Notes: generated by a model from the letters alone, not told the origin. 64,000 bases of DNA from Octopus vulgaris (GCA_951406725.2 OX597834.1:10602001-10666000); one strand, 5' to 3'; positions 27,520 to 42,394 are shown, numbered from the stretch's first letter. A program made the numbers and translations.

Positions 27520-28368
27520 AGACATAACAGAAACAAGCACAGAAAAAGCTAAGCGCATGAAATCCCGTGCTAAAACTGCTCCTTAAATATTCTGATTGAT
27601 AAAAGGCAAGAAAAACCTCTCAATGGCAAATACTCAAAGAGAGCGAATTATGCCGATGTTGACAAAGCCCTGACCCATTAATGCCTAATGGCCTCTGGCT
27701 TAAAATCTGAAACAGAAGGATTTATCATCGAAGCTCAAGATCAATGCCTATCTACAAAGTACTGTCAGACCAACACATTAAAGAACGGCAATAGCACAAC
27801 ATGTCGTGTATGTCAACAACAAAATGAAACCATTAATCATGTAGTCTCCAAGTGCAGTCTTCTTGCGTCTACAGAGTATCTCAACAGGCACGATAGAGCT
27901 GCACAATATATTCACTGGGTAATTTTCAAAAGCCTGGACTTGCCCCATCATAAAAACTGATGGAAACACAAATCACCTCCAGTGCTTGAAAATGATCACA
28001 CCTCACTCCTCTGGAACTTCACCATTCAAACTGACAGAAAGATAGATGCGAATAGGCCAGACACCATATTGGATGACTTCAGACAAAAAACATGCCTCCT
28101 CATTGATATGACTGTCCCAATTGACATAAACGTATCTGTCAAGACCTACCAAAAACTGAGCAAATATAAAGATCTTGAAATAGAAATCAGCAAAATGTGG
28201 AACCTGAAGACTAAAACAATACCTGTTGACATAGGTGCCCTGGGAATGATAGCGAACGGGGCTGATTGCTACCTAACTCAGATACCAGGAAACCTCAAAA
28301 TGGCAGAAATTCAAAAGATAGTGCTCATGGGAACTGCTCATATCCTACGCAATATACTTTCTATGTAG
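27520..28368 (+). pseudogene. R4/Dong-clade non-LTR retrotransposon ORF C-terminus (zinc knuckle plus restriction-like endonuclease), disrupted
   Basis: KPLNGKY...LKSETEGFIIEAQDQ, CRVC...ETINHVVSKC (CCHC), YLNRHD, RPDTI..IDMTVP (PD..D motif), QKLSKYKDL, GALG, ending GTAHILRNILSM; in-frame stops at ~27679 and 27958. Confidence 0.9.
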
Positions 28369-28398
28369 AAGTGAGAACCCAGGTACGAAATTTCCCCA

Positions 28399-28445
28399 GG
28401 CACCTGATGAAGGTTGGAGGTTATATCAGCCGAAAAAGTTGTGTT
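28399..28445 (+). ncRNA. Minimal hammerhead-ribozyme-like motif downstream of the LINE stop codon
   Basis: GGCAC-CTGATGA-A-GGTTG(loop)CAGCC-GAAA-AAGTT-GTGTT: stems I and II pair; stem III and the cleavage triplet are non-canonical. Confidence 0.5.
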
Positions 28446-28783
28446 AACAACAAACGAAATAAGGGCAAATATCGTGAAATATAAATAATGTAAGTAATGT
28501 AAATAATGTGCAAATATTCTGTGGAGTATATAATTAATCACATTATGGAGAGTGGAGATTTATTCACATGTTTATCAAAATGCTTTCTACAGCATATATA
28601 ACAATGACCTACATTATGTTTCGACTAAACTGTCTGTATATTGCACTGTATGCAATTATACATCCTAATCGATACAATTTCAGCTCAAAATGAGCTGATT
28701 CAAGCATGCGTCCTGCGTGTGGTATTCATTTGTAGCTGATAGTGTTGCTTTTCAAATTCAATGGAATTCTAGTAAAATAATCC

Positions 28784-29145
28784 CCTCTCAATGGCAAATA
28801 CTCAAAGTGAGCGAATAATGCCGATGTTAACAAAGCCCTGACCCATGAATGGCTAATGGACTCTGGCTTAAAATCTGAAACAGAAGGATTTATCATAGAA
28901 GCTCAAGATCAATGCCTACCAACAAGGAACTACCAGGTTAACATATTAAAGAACGGCAGTAGCACAGCATGTCGTGTATGTCAGCAACAAAATGATACCA
29001 TTGATCATGTTGTCTGCAAATGCAGTCTTCTTGCGCCTAGAGAGTATCTCAACAGGCATGATAGAGCTGCACAATATATTCACTGGGTAATTTGCAAAAG
29101 CCTGGACTTGCCCCATCATAAAAACTGGTGGGAATACATATCACA
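28784..29145 (+). pseudogene. Second, partial R4/Dong LINE fragment (zinc-knuckle region)
   Basis: Paralogous to ~27616-27975: GLKSETEGFIIEAQDQCLPTRNY...CRVC...HVVCKC...RHD...KNWWE; has sense codons where the first copy has stops. Confidence 0.88.
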
Positions 29146-29649
29146 GTTGAAGCATGTTTTTTTTTTAATTTTTATTCAGATTTCAATAACGTGGTTTTAA
29201 AATGTTCATTCAGATTTCAATTAATTGTGGCAGTTTTCTATCTATGTATTTATGTACGTACGTTTTTGAGTCACTGCCTTTCCAGTCCTTCGTTTGTTAA
29301 CGGGTATTGGTCAGTTTAGATCCCTGTAATATAGCAGTTTCGCAACAGTGAGAATAGAAAATTAGTCAGTAAGAATGGTGGTTTTTGGAGTATACCTTTT
29401 AACGCTGTGGGTCCTGTATGACCACAGCATGACTGCAATATGTAAAAAGACAATCTTTTGAAAATATACACCTATGTGTATATTGCTGTAAAAAAAGATT
29501 GGGGGAAAATGATATTCGAATATGGAAGATAGAGTAAGATATAGAGCTTTATCGAACATGAAAACACTATTAATCAATAATTTGCATAACCGATCATCAG
29601 ACATTCACCCACACACACATACATACCCCCCGATAAAGAGCTACTCACT

Positions 29650-31110
<1,461 letters not shown>

Positions 31111-31797
31111 TATGTACAAATACACACATACTCACGTGCCTATGTATATATGTGCGTTTATATCCAACGAGACTGAAAGGATGTAGTTGTTTGTAAAAAC
31201 AAGAACGTTCACAATGGAAAGAAAATATTCCTCTTTTCACAAAGTAGAATTACGTATATTAATTTATTTAAACAGTGGGTTACAGGTTTCAAAATGTACT
31301 TAGATAAATTTTTTTTATCTCTCTTGAGAATTATTTGCGGAAGCAATTGTATGTTGATAAATAGTTGATGATGACAGAAGGCAAGCGAAGCAAAAAATAA
31401 CGGAAAAGTGAAAAATTGAAAGTGTGGCATCATAAAACCGAAAATGTGACGCTGATTTTATTTGTGGAAATTACCGTTGAAGTCCGCATTTAGGAAATGT
31501 CAAAAAGTTTAATATTTAATAATAAATAACGAGAGATGATTCCATGATTGCCAAATGCATTATAGATGCGAAGCAGAGAAAATACATTAAGAAACTTGAA
31601 TGCTAATCCTTTAAGTTAAAATACAATAGAGGGAACAGAGGGAATGGTTAAGGATAAAATCTATTAAGTATTGGGTTTGGAAAGAATAGGAAGAAATCGT
31701 ATAATGTATTTCTGTGCGGAGGTATTCAATGGGACACATAATGTCTTTTCATTTCTCACAACTTGTTCAATAATAATTTCAGTCGAAATTAATTGTA

Positions 31798-33374
31798 CCG
31801 TGATCCCTCGCTACTTCGCTGTTCAACTATCGCGGATTCACGACTTCGCGGCTTTTTAAAATTTATATATATGAACGCCTGAAATTTTTCATTAAATTCA
31901 TTAAAATATTGATAATAAATATCATTTCCTCGTCTAGGAACGACAAAACAAGCGTAAAATGGCAAAAAAAGCATATACCGTGATCCCTCGCTACTTCGCG
32001 GTTCAACTATCGCGGATTCACGACTTCATGGATTACTAAGATGCATATATATGAACACCTGAAATTTTTCATTAAATCCATTAAAATATTGACAATAAAT
32101 ATCATTTCCTAGTCTAGGAACGACAAAACAAGCGGAAAATGGCAAAAAAGCATATACCGTGATCCCTCGCTACTTCGCGGTTCAACTATCGCGGATTTTA
32201 AAAATGTATATATATGAAAACCTGAAATTTTTCATTAAATCCATTAAAATATTGACAATAAATATCATTTCCTAGTCTAGGAACAACAAAACAAGCGTAA
32301 AATGGCAAAAAGCATATACCGTGATCCCTCGCTACTTCGCGGTTCAACTATCGCGGATTCACGACTTCGCGGATTTTAAAAATGTATAATATGAACACCT
32401 GCAATTTTTCATTAAATCCATTAAAATATTAATTTTAATAAATATTATTTCCTAGTCTAGGAACAACAAAACAAGCGTAAAATGGCAAAAAGCATATACC
32501 GTGATCCCTCGCTACTTCGCGGTTCAACTATCGCGGATTCACGACTTCGCGGATTTTTAAAATGTATAAATATGAACACCTGCAATTTTTCATTAAATCC
32601 ATTGAAATATTAATTTTATATATTATTTCCTAGTCTAGGAACAATAAAACAAGCGTAAAATAGCAAAAAAAGCATATACCGTGATCCCTCGCTACTTCGC
32701 GGTTCAACTATCGCGGATTCACGACTTCGCGGATTTTAAAAATGTATAAATATGAACACCTGCAATTTTTCATTAAATCCATTAAAATATTAATTTTATA
32801 TATTATTTCCTAGTCTAGGAACAATAAAACAAGCGTAAAATAGCAAAAAAAGCATATACCGTGATCCCTCGCTACTTCGTGATTCAACTATCGCGGATTT
32901 TTAAAATGTACATATTAAAATTTTTCATTAAATCCATAAAAATATTAACAATAAATATTATTTCCTAGTCTACGAACAACAAAACAAGCGTAAAATAGCA
33001 AAAAAAAAGCAGATACAATGGTATTTGAACGTACGACGGGCTGTGACTGGCAACCGCCGTCAGCTTCATCATCATCATTTCTACTGTGCAGCAAATTCAT
33101 CATCATCATCATCATTCGACTTTTACTTCAACTTCTTTCGTGTTGAGTACAGTAACAATCTTTATTTTTTAAATCTAAAGTGTTATTGCTTAGCAGTTGC
33201 CCTTGTTATTAATAGACTTCTGTAAAGGGTGGGTTGGTAACAGTACAGGGAGTGTTTTAAAAGTCCAAATACACGTTAAATAAATACTGTAAATATGGTG
33301 TCCCTACTTCGCGGAAATTCAGTTATCGCTTCCGGTCTCGGAACCAGTCTACCGCGATAAACAAGGGATGACAA
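31798..33374 (+). mobile_element. Tigger/pogo-like MITE whose left end is amplified into a 7-unit tandem array
   Basis: Left TIR ccgtgatccctcgctacttcgcgg after TA; right end ccgcgataaacaagggatgacaa then TA; units start at 31798, 31978, 32157, 32319, 32499, 32679, 32859. Confidence 0.8.
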
Positions 33375-33472
33375 TAATTGTTGCTCATTTCCCTTTGTAC
33401 ATTTACGTTTACCTTGTGCGCGTACTCCTGTTCCTTCAGAATTCTTTAAAAATATGAGTACCGTTGGAGTGA

Positions 33473-33811
33473 AGGCGCATGGCTCAGTGGTTAGAGCGTC
33501 GAGCTTACGATCGTGAGGTTGTGAGCTCGAATCCCGGACCGGGCTGCGTGTTGTGTTCTTGAGCAAAACACTTTATTTCACGTTGCTCCAGTTCACTCAG
33601 CTGTAGAAATGAGTTGCGACGTCACTGGTTCCAAGCTGTATCGACCTTTGTCTTTCCCTTGGATAACACTGGTGGCGTGGAGAGGGGAGTCTGGTATGCA
33701 TGGGCGACTGCTGGTCTTCCATAAAAACAACCTTGCCCGGACTTGTGTCTAGGAGGGTAACTTTCTAGGTGCAATCCCATGGTCATTCATGACCGAAGGG
33801 GGTCTTTACTT
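33473..33811 (+). mobile_element. SINE with D-type head and core and a distinct tail T4
   Basis: ggcgcatggctcagtggttagagc...tgtgttcttgagcaaaacactttatttcacgttgctccag, then a unique tail ending catgaccgaagggggtcttta; 14 bp TSD taccgttggagtga at 33459-33472 and 33812-33825. Confidence 0.92.
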
Positions 33812-34236
33812 TACCGTTGGAGTGACCAATATAAACTTAGGATTCGAAAACCTAATGATTTCCGAAGAGACAACTGAAGAAGGGATCAGATTTGAGTATA
33901 TGGGCTTGAGCTATATTTTTCCCGATATTTCCGTAAGGCAATGCAGCAATTTTAATCTGTACATTAAGAATTAATCGCTGCATTGCATAAGTGATCACGA
34001 ATCCTTCACTATACTCCTAATCTTAAGATTTACCTGTATGTCACTCATATATTCTCTATTGAAGCCATTTACTGTCGCCTTCTGCTTCTGTGTGAGTATG
34101 TGACGTTTTACCTATCCTGCCGCCAGCCTTATTTCGAATTCTGTCAAAATATCTATCAACTGTTGCTGTCTGTTGGATCTCCTTTTCCCACAGGGTGATT
34201 CCAAAATATTATTGCAAATATGTCTACTGTTCTAAA

Positions 34237-34401
34237 GGCGCAGGAGTGGCTGTGTGGTAAGTAGCTTGCTGACCAACCACATGGTTCCGGGTTCAGTCCC
34301 ACTGCACGGCATCTTTGGCAAGTGTCTTCTGCTATAGCCCCGGGCCGACCAATGCCTTGTGAGTGGATTTGGTAGACGGAAACTGAAAGAAGCCTGTCGT
34401 A

Positions 34402-34456
<55 letters not shown>

Positions 34457-34690
34457 GTGTGTGTGTGTTTGTGTGTCTGTGTTTGTCCCCTAGCATTGCT
34501 TGACAGCCGATGCTGGTGTGTTTACGTCCCCGTCACTTAGCGGTTCGGCAAAAGAGACCGATAGAATAAGTACTGGGCTTACAAAGAATAAGTCCCGGGG
34601 TCGATTTGCTCGACTAAAGGCGGTGCTCCAGCATGGCCGCAGTCAAATGACTGAAACAAGTAAAAAGAGTAAAAAGAGAGAGAGAGAGAG
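34237..34690 (+). mobile_element. SINE family A
   Basis: Full length; tgttcta on both flanks. Confidence 0.93.
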
Positions 34691-34847
34691 TGTTCTAGCT
34701 TCCCTTTCGCTCCCCTTTCATCTCACATATTTAAGGCTCTAAGCTACTCTGTTTTTCTGCGGGCATTACTTCTCTCATCGTCTTGTACGAATGGCGTATT
34801 GGCATTCCTCTTACGTTTCGTTTTCTTTTGTTTTGTATATCAAATTT

Positions 34848-35230
34848 GTGGAGGCGCAATGGCCCAGTGGTTAGGGCAGCGGACTCGCGGTCATAGGATC
34901 GCGGTTTCGATTCCCAGACCGGGCGTTGTGAGTGTTTATTGAGCGAAAACACCTAAAAAGCTCCACGAGGCTCCGGCAGGGGATGGTGGTGATCCCTGCT
35001 GTACTCTTTCACCACAACCTTTTTTCACTCTTACTTCCTGTTTCTGTTGTACCTGTATTTCAAAGGGCCGGCCTTGTCACGCTGAATATCTCCGAGAACT
35101 ACGTTAAGGGTACACGTGTCTGTGGAGTGCTCAGCCACTTACACGTTAATTTCACGAGCAGGCTGTTCCGTTGATTTGGATCAACCGGAACCCTCATCGT
35201 CGTAATCGACGGAGTTCTTCCATGCCATCC
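34848..35230 (+). mobile_element. SINE family B (tail T1)
   Basis: 11 bp TSD atatcaaattt at 34837-34847 and 35231-35241; empty-site paralog at ~38101-38119. Confidence 0.95.
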
Positions 35231-35964
35231 ATATCAAATTTATTGCCAAGACATAAGAGTCCTTTTATGCGTTCTTATTTCCGTTTCGTTTTATTATTCC
35301 TCCAACAGCCTAACAACACCATCCAGCTCTTTCGTTGTTAGACCTTGTGAAATCTCCACCTATTTTGTTTTTATTTTATTTCGAATTTTCCCATTTGTGC
35401 CCTCCTCATTCCCTCATACTCACACATCCTTAATATGCTGTGTGAGCTGCTCTGATGTAACCGTTTGGAATTGCAAGGGCCAAAAATGGTCAGATTTAAG
35501 CAGGTCTCTTTCTCCGATCCTATCGATTATTGTGCCTATATCTTTGCTTGATTTAAGCTTTACAATATTTTACAATAACTCTCTTAATTCCCAAACGCCG
35601 GAAGTGATTGAATAAGACCAGTTCTTAAACGCGTTGCATTCTAAGAAACTCTTCACGTTTCGCTTCTTTATTTTTTGATGAGGTCTCGCATGGCTCATAA
35701 AACATGCAAGGGACTTACAAGGTAATCCACATTGATCACAAATTAGTTATTCAGCATCAGCGTGACTATGAATATTTTGGAATTTATGATGCTGGTTCCA
35801 ACTGTCTGAGTTACTTTATTACACTGTGTGTACGAGAATTCATGCTGGATATTACATAGGTATAAAAGATACAAGAGCGGCATAATCTTCACATGCATAC
35901 ATGCTTCCGTACGCACATACACATAATACATCTCGTATATATACACATACATAATACATACATA

Positions 35965-36043
<79 letters not shown>

Positions 36044-36114
36044 TTCAGCAAAATTTAGATTCAAATGAATATGGTACTTACAATTGTACTACTCTACCTC
36101 GGATATCCTTGTTG

Positions 36115-36189
<75 letters not shown>

Positions 36190-36825
36190 CTACGAATGTA
36201 CGTTTTCGTGCATTCATATATATGTATTCGTACACTAATTCGTACACGTCAAATTCAAAACATAAACACAGAACTTAGAGAGACAAAAATAAGCGCCGCG
36301 ACACACAGATATGCAAATGTATAAAAGTATACATGCGTTCACCTACGCACAAGGCCAAAGAATTATACCTACTCACGCCTTTAGAAAAATACAAGTAACC
36401 GTTAGTAATTATAAGTCGGTACGTAGACACGCCAAGGCGTTCGTATCGTTAGATAGATAAAACTAACGAAGCAAAACTAGAAATACGCCTGTTATCGATC
36501 AATAAAAGCTTTTAACATTTAAAAAATGTTCAGAGATCACGTTTCAAAAGCGTAAAAGTAATTTTGAGAAAAACTAATTATGTGAAAAACTGAAAATGAA
36601 ATTTTAGAGAAATGCATAAAATTAAGTTCTAGGCGAATTTAAGCAAAAACACAGTATTTTATTTAAATTAAATATAGTAAGTCATATACAAACTAAGAAA
36701 TACTCTAATAGCTAGTCACCATCATATTCTGCTAATATTAAAACATATAGAAAATTGAGCGGACCAACTGAAACGAAAATAATATCATGAGTCATGCTAC
36801 TCTACAGCCATTTAACCTATGACCA

Positions 36826-37136
36826 TTTGTTTGTTCCTTCTCGAGCCACCACTGGCTCATAAGGGCCGGTTTCCCGGTTTCCGTGGCGTTGAGATTCCCC
36901 ACCTCAACGGGACGCCGGTCCGTTGCAGGTGAGCTGCAAGATGCCGAAGGAAAGAGTGAGAGAATGTTGTGGAGAAAGCGTCAGCAGAGATTCGCAACTT
37001 ACCTTCTGCCGGAGCCGCGCGGAGCTTAGTTGTTTCGCTCATAAACACACACATCGCCCGGTCTGAGATTTGAACTCGCGATCTCTCGACCGCGAGTCAG
37101 CTGCTCTAACCACCACTAGGCCATGTGCCTCCACAG
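36826..37136 (-). mobile_element. Chimeric SINE: B-type head and body with D-type tail T3
   Basis: Minus-strand head ggaggcacatggcctagtgg...gactcgcggtcg and tail ggaaaccgggaaaccggcccttatgagcc; TSD cctatgacca at 36816-36825 and 37137-37146. Confidence 0.88.
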
Positions 37137-37757
37137 CCTATGACCACTGACGTAGGAAAAGCCTGTAACAAAACTGATCGTGATCTCAAATCCCCTTGTG
37201 TTGAGGAATAAAACTCATGTAACCAATGAGACATATTTTGGGGCTGAAAATTTTTTACTTGTAAATTCTAGCCAAAAATTATTTAGCGGGAGAAAAAATC
37301 CGATTGCGCATTAATAATTAAAACGCCGCTCATTAATTTTCTTTTTGCCAGGTTTGCTTTTTATCTATGAAAAAAAAAAACGCTGAATTTGATTTTAAAT
37401 AATTCGAGTCGTTTTGAAATATTTTAAAGGAAATATTTCCTTTGAAGGGAGCACACATTCCCCAAATAGCAGGAATTAGAGATTTGTTGACCTGCGTATG
37501 TTGTGCAATTCAAATAAAAAATCCATTTACTGAAGGAAGGCTGCACTCAAGCGATGATATTTTAGATCTAAATAATTTTAAGGCATACGAAACTTAATGA
37601 TTCAGGAAATCACTTCACATTTCTCTTAGAATTATGAATTTTCATTTAACATAGCGCCTAATATGTTAATTTCCTCTGAATATCTGTGCTGATCACACCT
37701 CAATTATAATGAATCCCTACATTACATGCACAAAATATAATGAACCAAAGAATATTT

Positions 37758-37980
37758 GTTTCAAATGTTCACACTAGGCCAGCAATTTCGCCGGAAGGTC
37801 TAATTCATTAACAATAACCCTGGGGGGGGGGAGCACAACTGGTACTTATTTTATCATTCGTGAGGCGATGAAAAGCAAAGTAAACCAAAGCAGCATACGA
37901 ACTCAGGACGTAAAATTGTAAGAAAGGCGGTTCTGTATTTTATCTGGTGCGGTAACGATTCTGCCAACTCAGAGCCCTTA
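37758..37980 (-). mobile_element. SINE family C, degenerate copy
   Basis: actggtacttattttatc...gatgaaaagcaaagt...gaactcaggacgtaa...taacgattctgccaactc. Confidence 0.65.
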
Positions 37981-38018
37981 CTACACCAAGAATATCAGCC
38001 ATAGCTTAGTTAAACGTA

Positions 38019-38360
38019 TTTTCTGCGGGCATTCCTTCTCTCATCGCCTTCGACGAATGGCATATTAACGTTCTTTTTACGTTTTATTTTCTCTCGTTTT
38101 GTATATAAAATTTATTGCCAAGACGAAAGAACCCTTTTTTGCGTTCTAATTTTCATTTCGATTTATTCCTTCTCCAACAGTCTAACTTAGGTGTTTCGCT
38201 CATAAACACACACATCACCCAGTGTGAGATTTGAGCCCGCGATCTCTCTACCGCGAGTCCGCTGCTCTAACCACCACTAGGCCATGTGCCTTCACAGCCT
38301 ATGACCACTGACGTAGGACAAGCCTGTAACAAAACTGATCGTGATCTCAAATCCCCTTGT
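38019..38360. repeat. Patchwork duplication of 34753-35314 (without the SINE) joined to 37025-37199
   Basis: Both halves align by eye to the two source regions; junction at ~38186. Confidence 0.85.
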
Positions 38361-40268
38361 TTCAAATCCACCTCTTTCGAAATGTTCCCGTTCTTATTTG
38401 TTTATAGATTCGTTTACATTGTAAAATATGCTTCAAAAAGAGATTCTTCCCGTTAAATTTACGTCATTCAACGAAGAAAAAAATGGCTGTGTGATTATCC
38501 ACAGAATTAACAACAGATTTATTGCTCCGCTTTTCGCGGGTATTCCCTCAGGCATGGCTAATGAACATCGTGAAACTGTTAAACGCTCATTTCACTCTGC
38601 CGCAAAGTATTACCAACTCTTCAGGAGAAATGCTATGAAAATATTTGACTGTGCTGCTTCTAAAAATCATTTGCTCCCTTAATTAAATCTAAGTCCAATA
38701 CATTTACCAATTATTTTCTATGTGTATGTGATCCACAAAACTGAAAACGTGAATAAAAAAAAATGTTTACTAATGAACGATAATTACTCACCTAGCGATC
38801 ATGTAAATTATGATACAACATCAACATCAAAAATAAGACTACAAAACACGGATTCATTCGCATAGCTACACTCCGCTTCACAGACATCTAGGAATCGGCG
38901 ATTATAACTAATGAATTGCGGAATTAATCTACGACTCATTTATATTCTGGAAATAATAGACCTTGAAAGCAGGAAAGCGTACAAATATTTATGAACAAGT
39001 TCCTCGCATCTCGTAACACATTAAGAGAGATTTTTTTCCTTCGATCATCATAAATTCCGCTTAATTTTCAGCTTGCCTGCATTGCTTAATATATATTTTG
39101 AAAACGCTCTGATTTACGCAGTTGCATATACGTACAAATAATTGTCTTTACCAATGTGCATATGCAGAAATCCTAACTGTGCCGTACACTACACAGTTGC
39201 TTACTTCTTTTTTTTTTCCCTTATTGAAATCTTATTATTTAGCAAATATATTTACAAACCGCTTTCTCTTCGCAAGAATTGAACCTTTTTTAAATATATT
39301 TTTTTGTATATTTTGCTACTTTCAAAGAACCGAAAATGATGAATTGTACACATGGCTTTTGCCTATTATGTTTTAATTATTCGATATTTAGTCATTATCA
39401 TATGTAATTATTACACATCTATAATATCGAATTCCTGCTCTCTATTTTTCACAACTTAGAGGAATCAGCAGTTTGCTTGCATAATATTTATTTACACCGG
39501 GTACTTTGTTACTTAATTTCCTTTTTATCTTGTTAATGTGCAATAAATTTTACAGCTAAAATTTAACTTCAAACATAGTTCTATTCAAATCATTATATTA
39601 CGTTATATTTTATAATTAATTTAAGATTTGGACGTGGTTTATATCGATTATATTCACTTATCTATCGTTCCTTTTGAATAATTATCCTCGTTTTTGAGTT
39701 TCCTTTCTTCTCTGGATTTTGAGTACTCTCTCAAATATTTTAATTGTTCATGTACACCCCAATATATTTGTCACATTTGATCCTTTGATCATTTCATACT
39801 CACCCAAACCTTACTATATATTGAATAGCACCTTCTTTATATCTTTTTGAAGTTAAATTCCTACGCTGCTCAATTATTCGCCCAAAGACCTTGTCAATTC
39901 ATGATGCCATCTCAGCTTTGTCTTTACCAAATAGCATACGCAAATACCTGATAGGATAATACATAAACATGCAATCCTATCGGAATATACGAATGCAATC
40001 TAATAAATATTACCGTAAATCCGGCTTCCTGTTTCTGGGTAAGACACACGTCAATCGCTCCACCATGAATACGGACGGCGTATTTACGGTAATGTTTAAA
40101 TGCATCCAATACTAGTTGCATATTCTTGAGTTGCCAACATAACAACAATTATAATATTCCCATCTTTAGAAACAGCTGTCGGACCCTAAATACTATGCCC
40201 TCTCTCCTTAGTTTTCTCTATATTTCGCATTCCATGTAAATCTCTTCTGTAAATATATAAAATATGCA

Positions 40269-40439
40269 TGCACATATGAGAGAGAATCCACTAAAGTGGA
40301 CGCCCTTACGCTAACCACTAAAAATTGTTCTCAAGAAAAAACTTAACACACTATGAACGTAAGCGAGCAGGACAAATGAAAAATAATAAGTGATTAGCGT
40401 AAGGGCGTCCAATTTAGTGGATTCTCTCTCATATGTGTA
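40269..40439. repeat. Inverted repeat, ~51 bp arms
   Basis: cacatatgagagagaatccactaaagtggacgcccttacgctaaccact / agtgattagcgtaagggcgtccaatttagtggattctctctcatatgtg. Confidence 0.9.
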
Positions 40440-40712
40440 TTAATATTTACTGAATCTCAGTTTTTTATACGCTAAACCACTGGTGTTAAAATGATGTTAT
40501 TAAATTAATATACCATTTTTTCACTCTCATTTTGATTTTAAAATATGTATATATATAAGTCAATATGTATAAGTCCATGTTCATTTTTTGAATATTTTCA
40601 CATTTATTGCTCTCTGTACATCCTTATATAAATTTACATGTATGTGTGTATATTCTATTTACAAGCCCAAGCATGTTCCGTTGATTATTTGTATCCTTAT
40701 CTCCAATGAATA

Positions 40713-41133
40713 GGCGCAGGGGTGGCTGTATGGTAAGTAGCTTGTTTACCAACCACACGGTTCCGGGTTCAGTCCCACTGCGTGGCACCTTGGGCAAGTG
40801 TCTTCTACTATAGCCTCGAGCCGACCAAAGCCTTGTGAGTGGATTTGGTAGACGGAAACTGAAAGAAGCACGTCGTATATATGTATATATATATATATAT
40901 ATGTATATGAATGTGTGTGTTTGTGTGTCTGTGTTTGTTCCCCTAGCATTGCTTGACAACCGATGCTGGTGTGTTTATGTCCGCGTAACTTAGCGGTTCG
41001 GCAAAAAGAGACCGATAGAATATGTACTGGGCTTACAAAAGAATAAGTCCCGAGGTCGAGTTACTCGATTAAAGGCGGTGCTCCAGCATGGCCGCAGTCA
41101 TATGACTGAAACAAGTAAAAGAGTAAAGAGTAA
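40713..41133 (+). mobile_element. SINE family A
   Basis: Full-length match to family A. Confidence 0.93.
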
Positions 41134-41333
41134 ATATCAACTCACTAGAATTTCTGTTTTGTCAACCTTAACCCGTGGTCCTAGTATTCAATAAAGACCT
41201 CGAAGTTTAAGTTCAAATCATTTGAGCACGACTGCGTACTTTTTATATTGAACATTTCTGGATATCACTTGATCTTTAATGATATCACTCATTCCCAATC
41301 CACCTCTCTCCCTCCTCTCTCTCTCTGTATATA

Positions 41334-41572
41334 CAGCGTTGGCCAAAATTCACATGACAGGTAAATCAAAACTATTTAATTCCAAGTTGAAAGCAAAGTA
41401 TTATATTATGTGTGACTTCAATAATGAATGGACAAATATTAAGAAAAAAACTATGATTTTAAACGCTCAGCATTTATTTATTAAATATTCATAATTAGAA
41501 TAAATAAATAAAATTGAAAATTAAGTATTTATGGAATTTTGAGTTACTGTCGGAAAACATTGGCCAAAACTG
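41334..41572. mobile_element. Tc1/mariner-like MITE, degenerate
   Basis: ta|cagcgttggccaa ... ttggccaaaactg|ta: imperfect TIRs with TA flanks. Confidence 0.5.
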
Positions 41573-41577
41573 TATAT

Positions 41578-41652
41578 ATCATCATCATCATCATCATCAT
41601 CGCTTAACGTCCGCTTTCCATCCTGGCATGGGCTGGAAAGTTTAACTGAGGA
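41578..41652 (-). mobile_element. Short RTE-type LINE 3' tail
   Basis: Minus strand ggaaagcggacgttaagcgatgatgatg with a (GAT)n tail. Confidence 0.55.
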
Positions 41653-41819
41653 CTTCATTTCTTTCTTTTTGAATCACAGTCGTATATATATATATATATA
41701 TTCATACACACACACATATGACTGTATTAGTGAGTGTGTGTGTTTGTGCATGCATACATATATACATACATACACATACATACACATACACACACATACA
41801 CACACACACACACACACAG

Positions 41820-41866
<47 letters not shown>

Positions 41867-41948
41867 TTATTAATAAAGCAGTATTCTCTGCCTCCGGTAT
41901 TCGAGTACTATTTTTTTACTACACATTGTTTCACATTCATGGTCTCAT

Positions 41949-42023
<75 letters not shown>

Positions 42024-42394
42024 TGCTTAACTGCACGTACCTACAAAACTATAAATTCCTTTCATATATATTCTCTCACGCGTACCTAAAAATAATTTCT
42101 ATCTTACCACATACAGTGCAATGACGTGTACCTGATTACATTTACCTACAGAAGAATGGTTAAAGTATTAACAAATTCCTATTTTACATCTGGAGCTAAA
42201 CTATAGCAATAAAAATAATTTACTGTACAGCGGATATTAACCTCATTTACAATTAAGCATTAAATGAGATATATTCCCAGGAAAGATACCAAAATTAATT
42301 TAGATAACGTTACTATGTCATAAAATAGCTATTCGAGACATTTTGTACAAAAGTGAAAAAGGTGTAGTTCATTCAAGAACTAGACAAAGAAATT

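Noticed and set aside
31798-33015. CRISPR-like appearance of regularly spaced GC-rich repeats
   Set aside because: The intervening sequences are also repeated rather than unique spacers, there are no cas genes, and the context is eukaryotic
33870-33930. CTGAAGA-AGGGA...TCCC-GATA hammerhead-like string (also isolated CTGANGA hits at ~10279, ~13054, ~23658)
   Set aside because: Lack the GAAA box or a closing stem I; such heptamers are expected by chance
34848-34925. SINE heads as functional tRNA genes
   Set aside because: A/B boxes are present but there is no complete cloverleaf, and each head runs into a SINE body with a TSD
39780-40200. Possible degenerate LINE ORF1 or exon
   Set aside because: No recognisable motif or consistent reading frame
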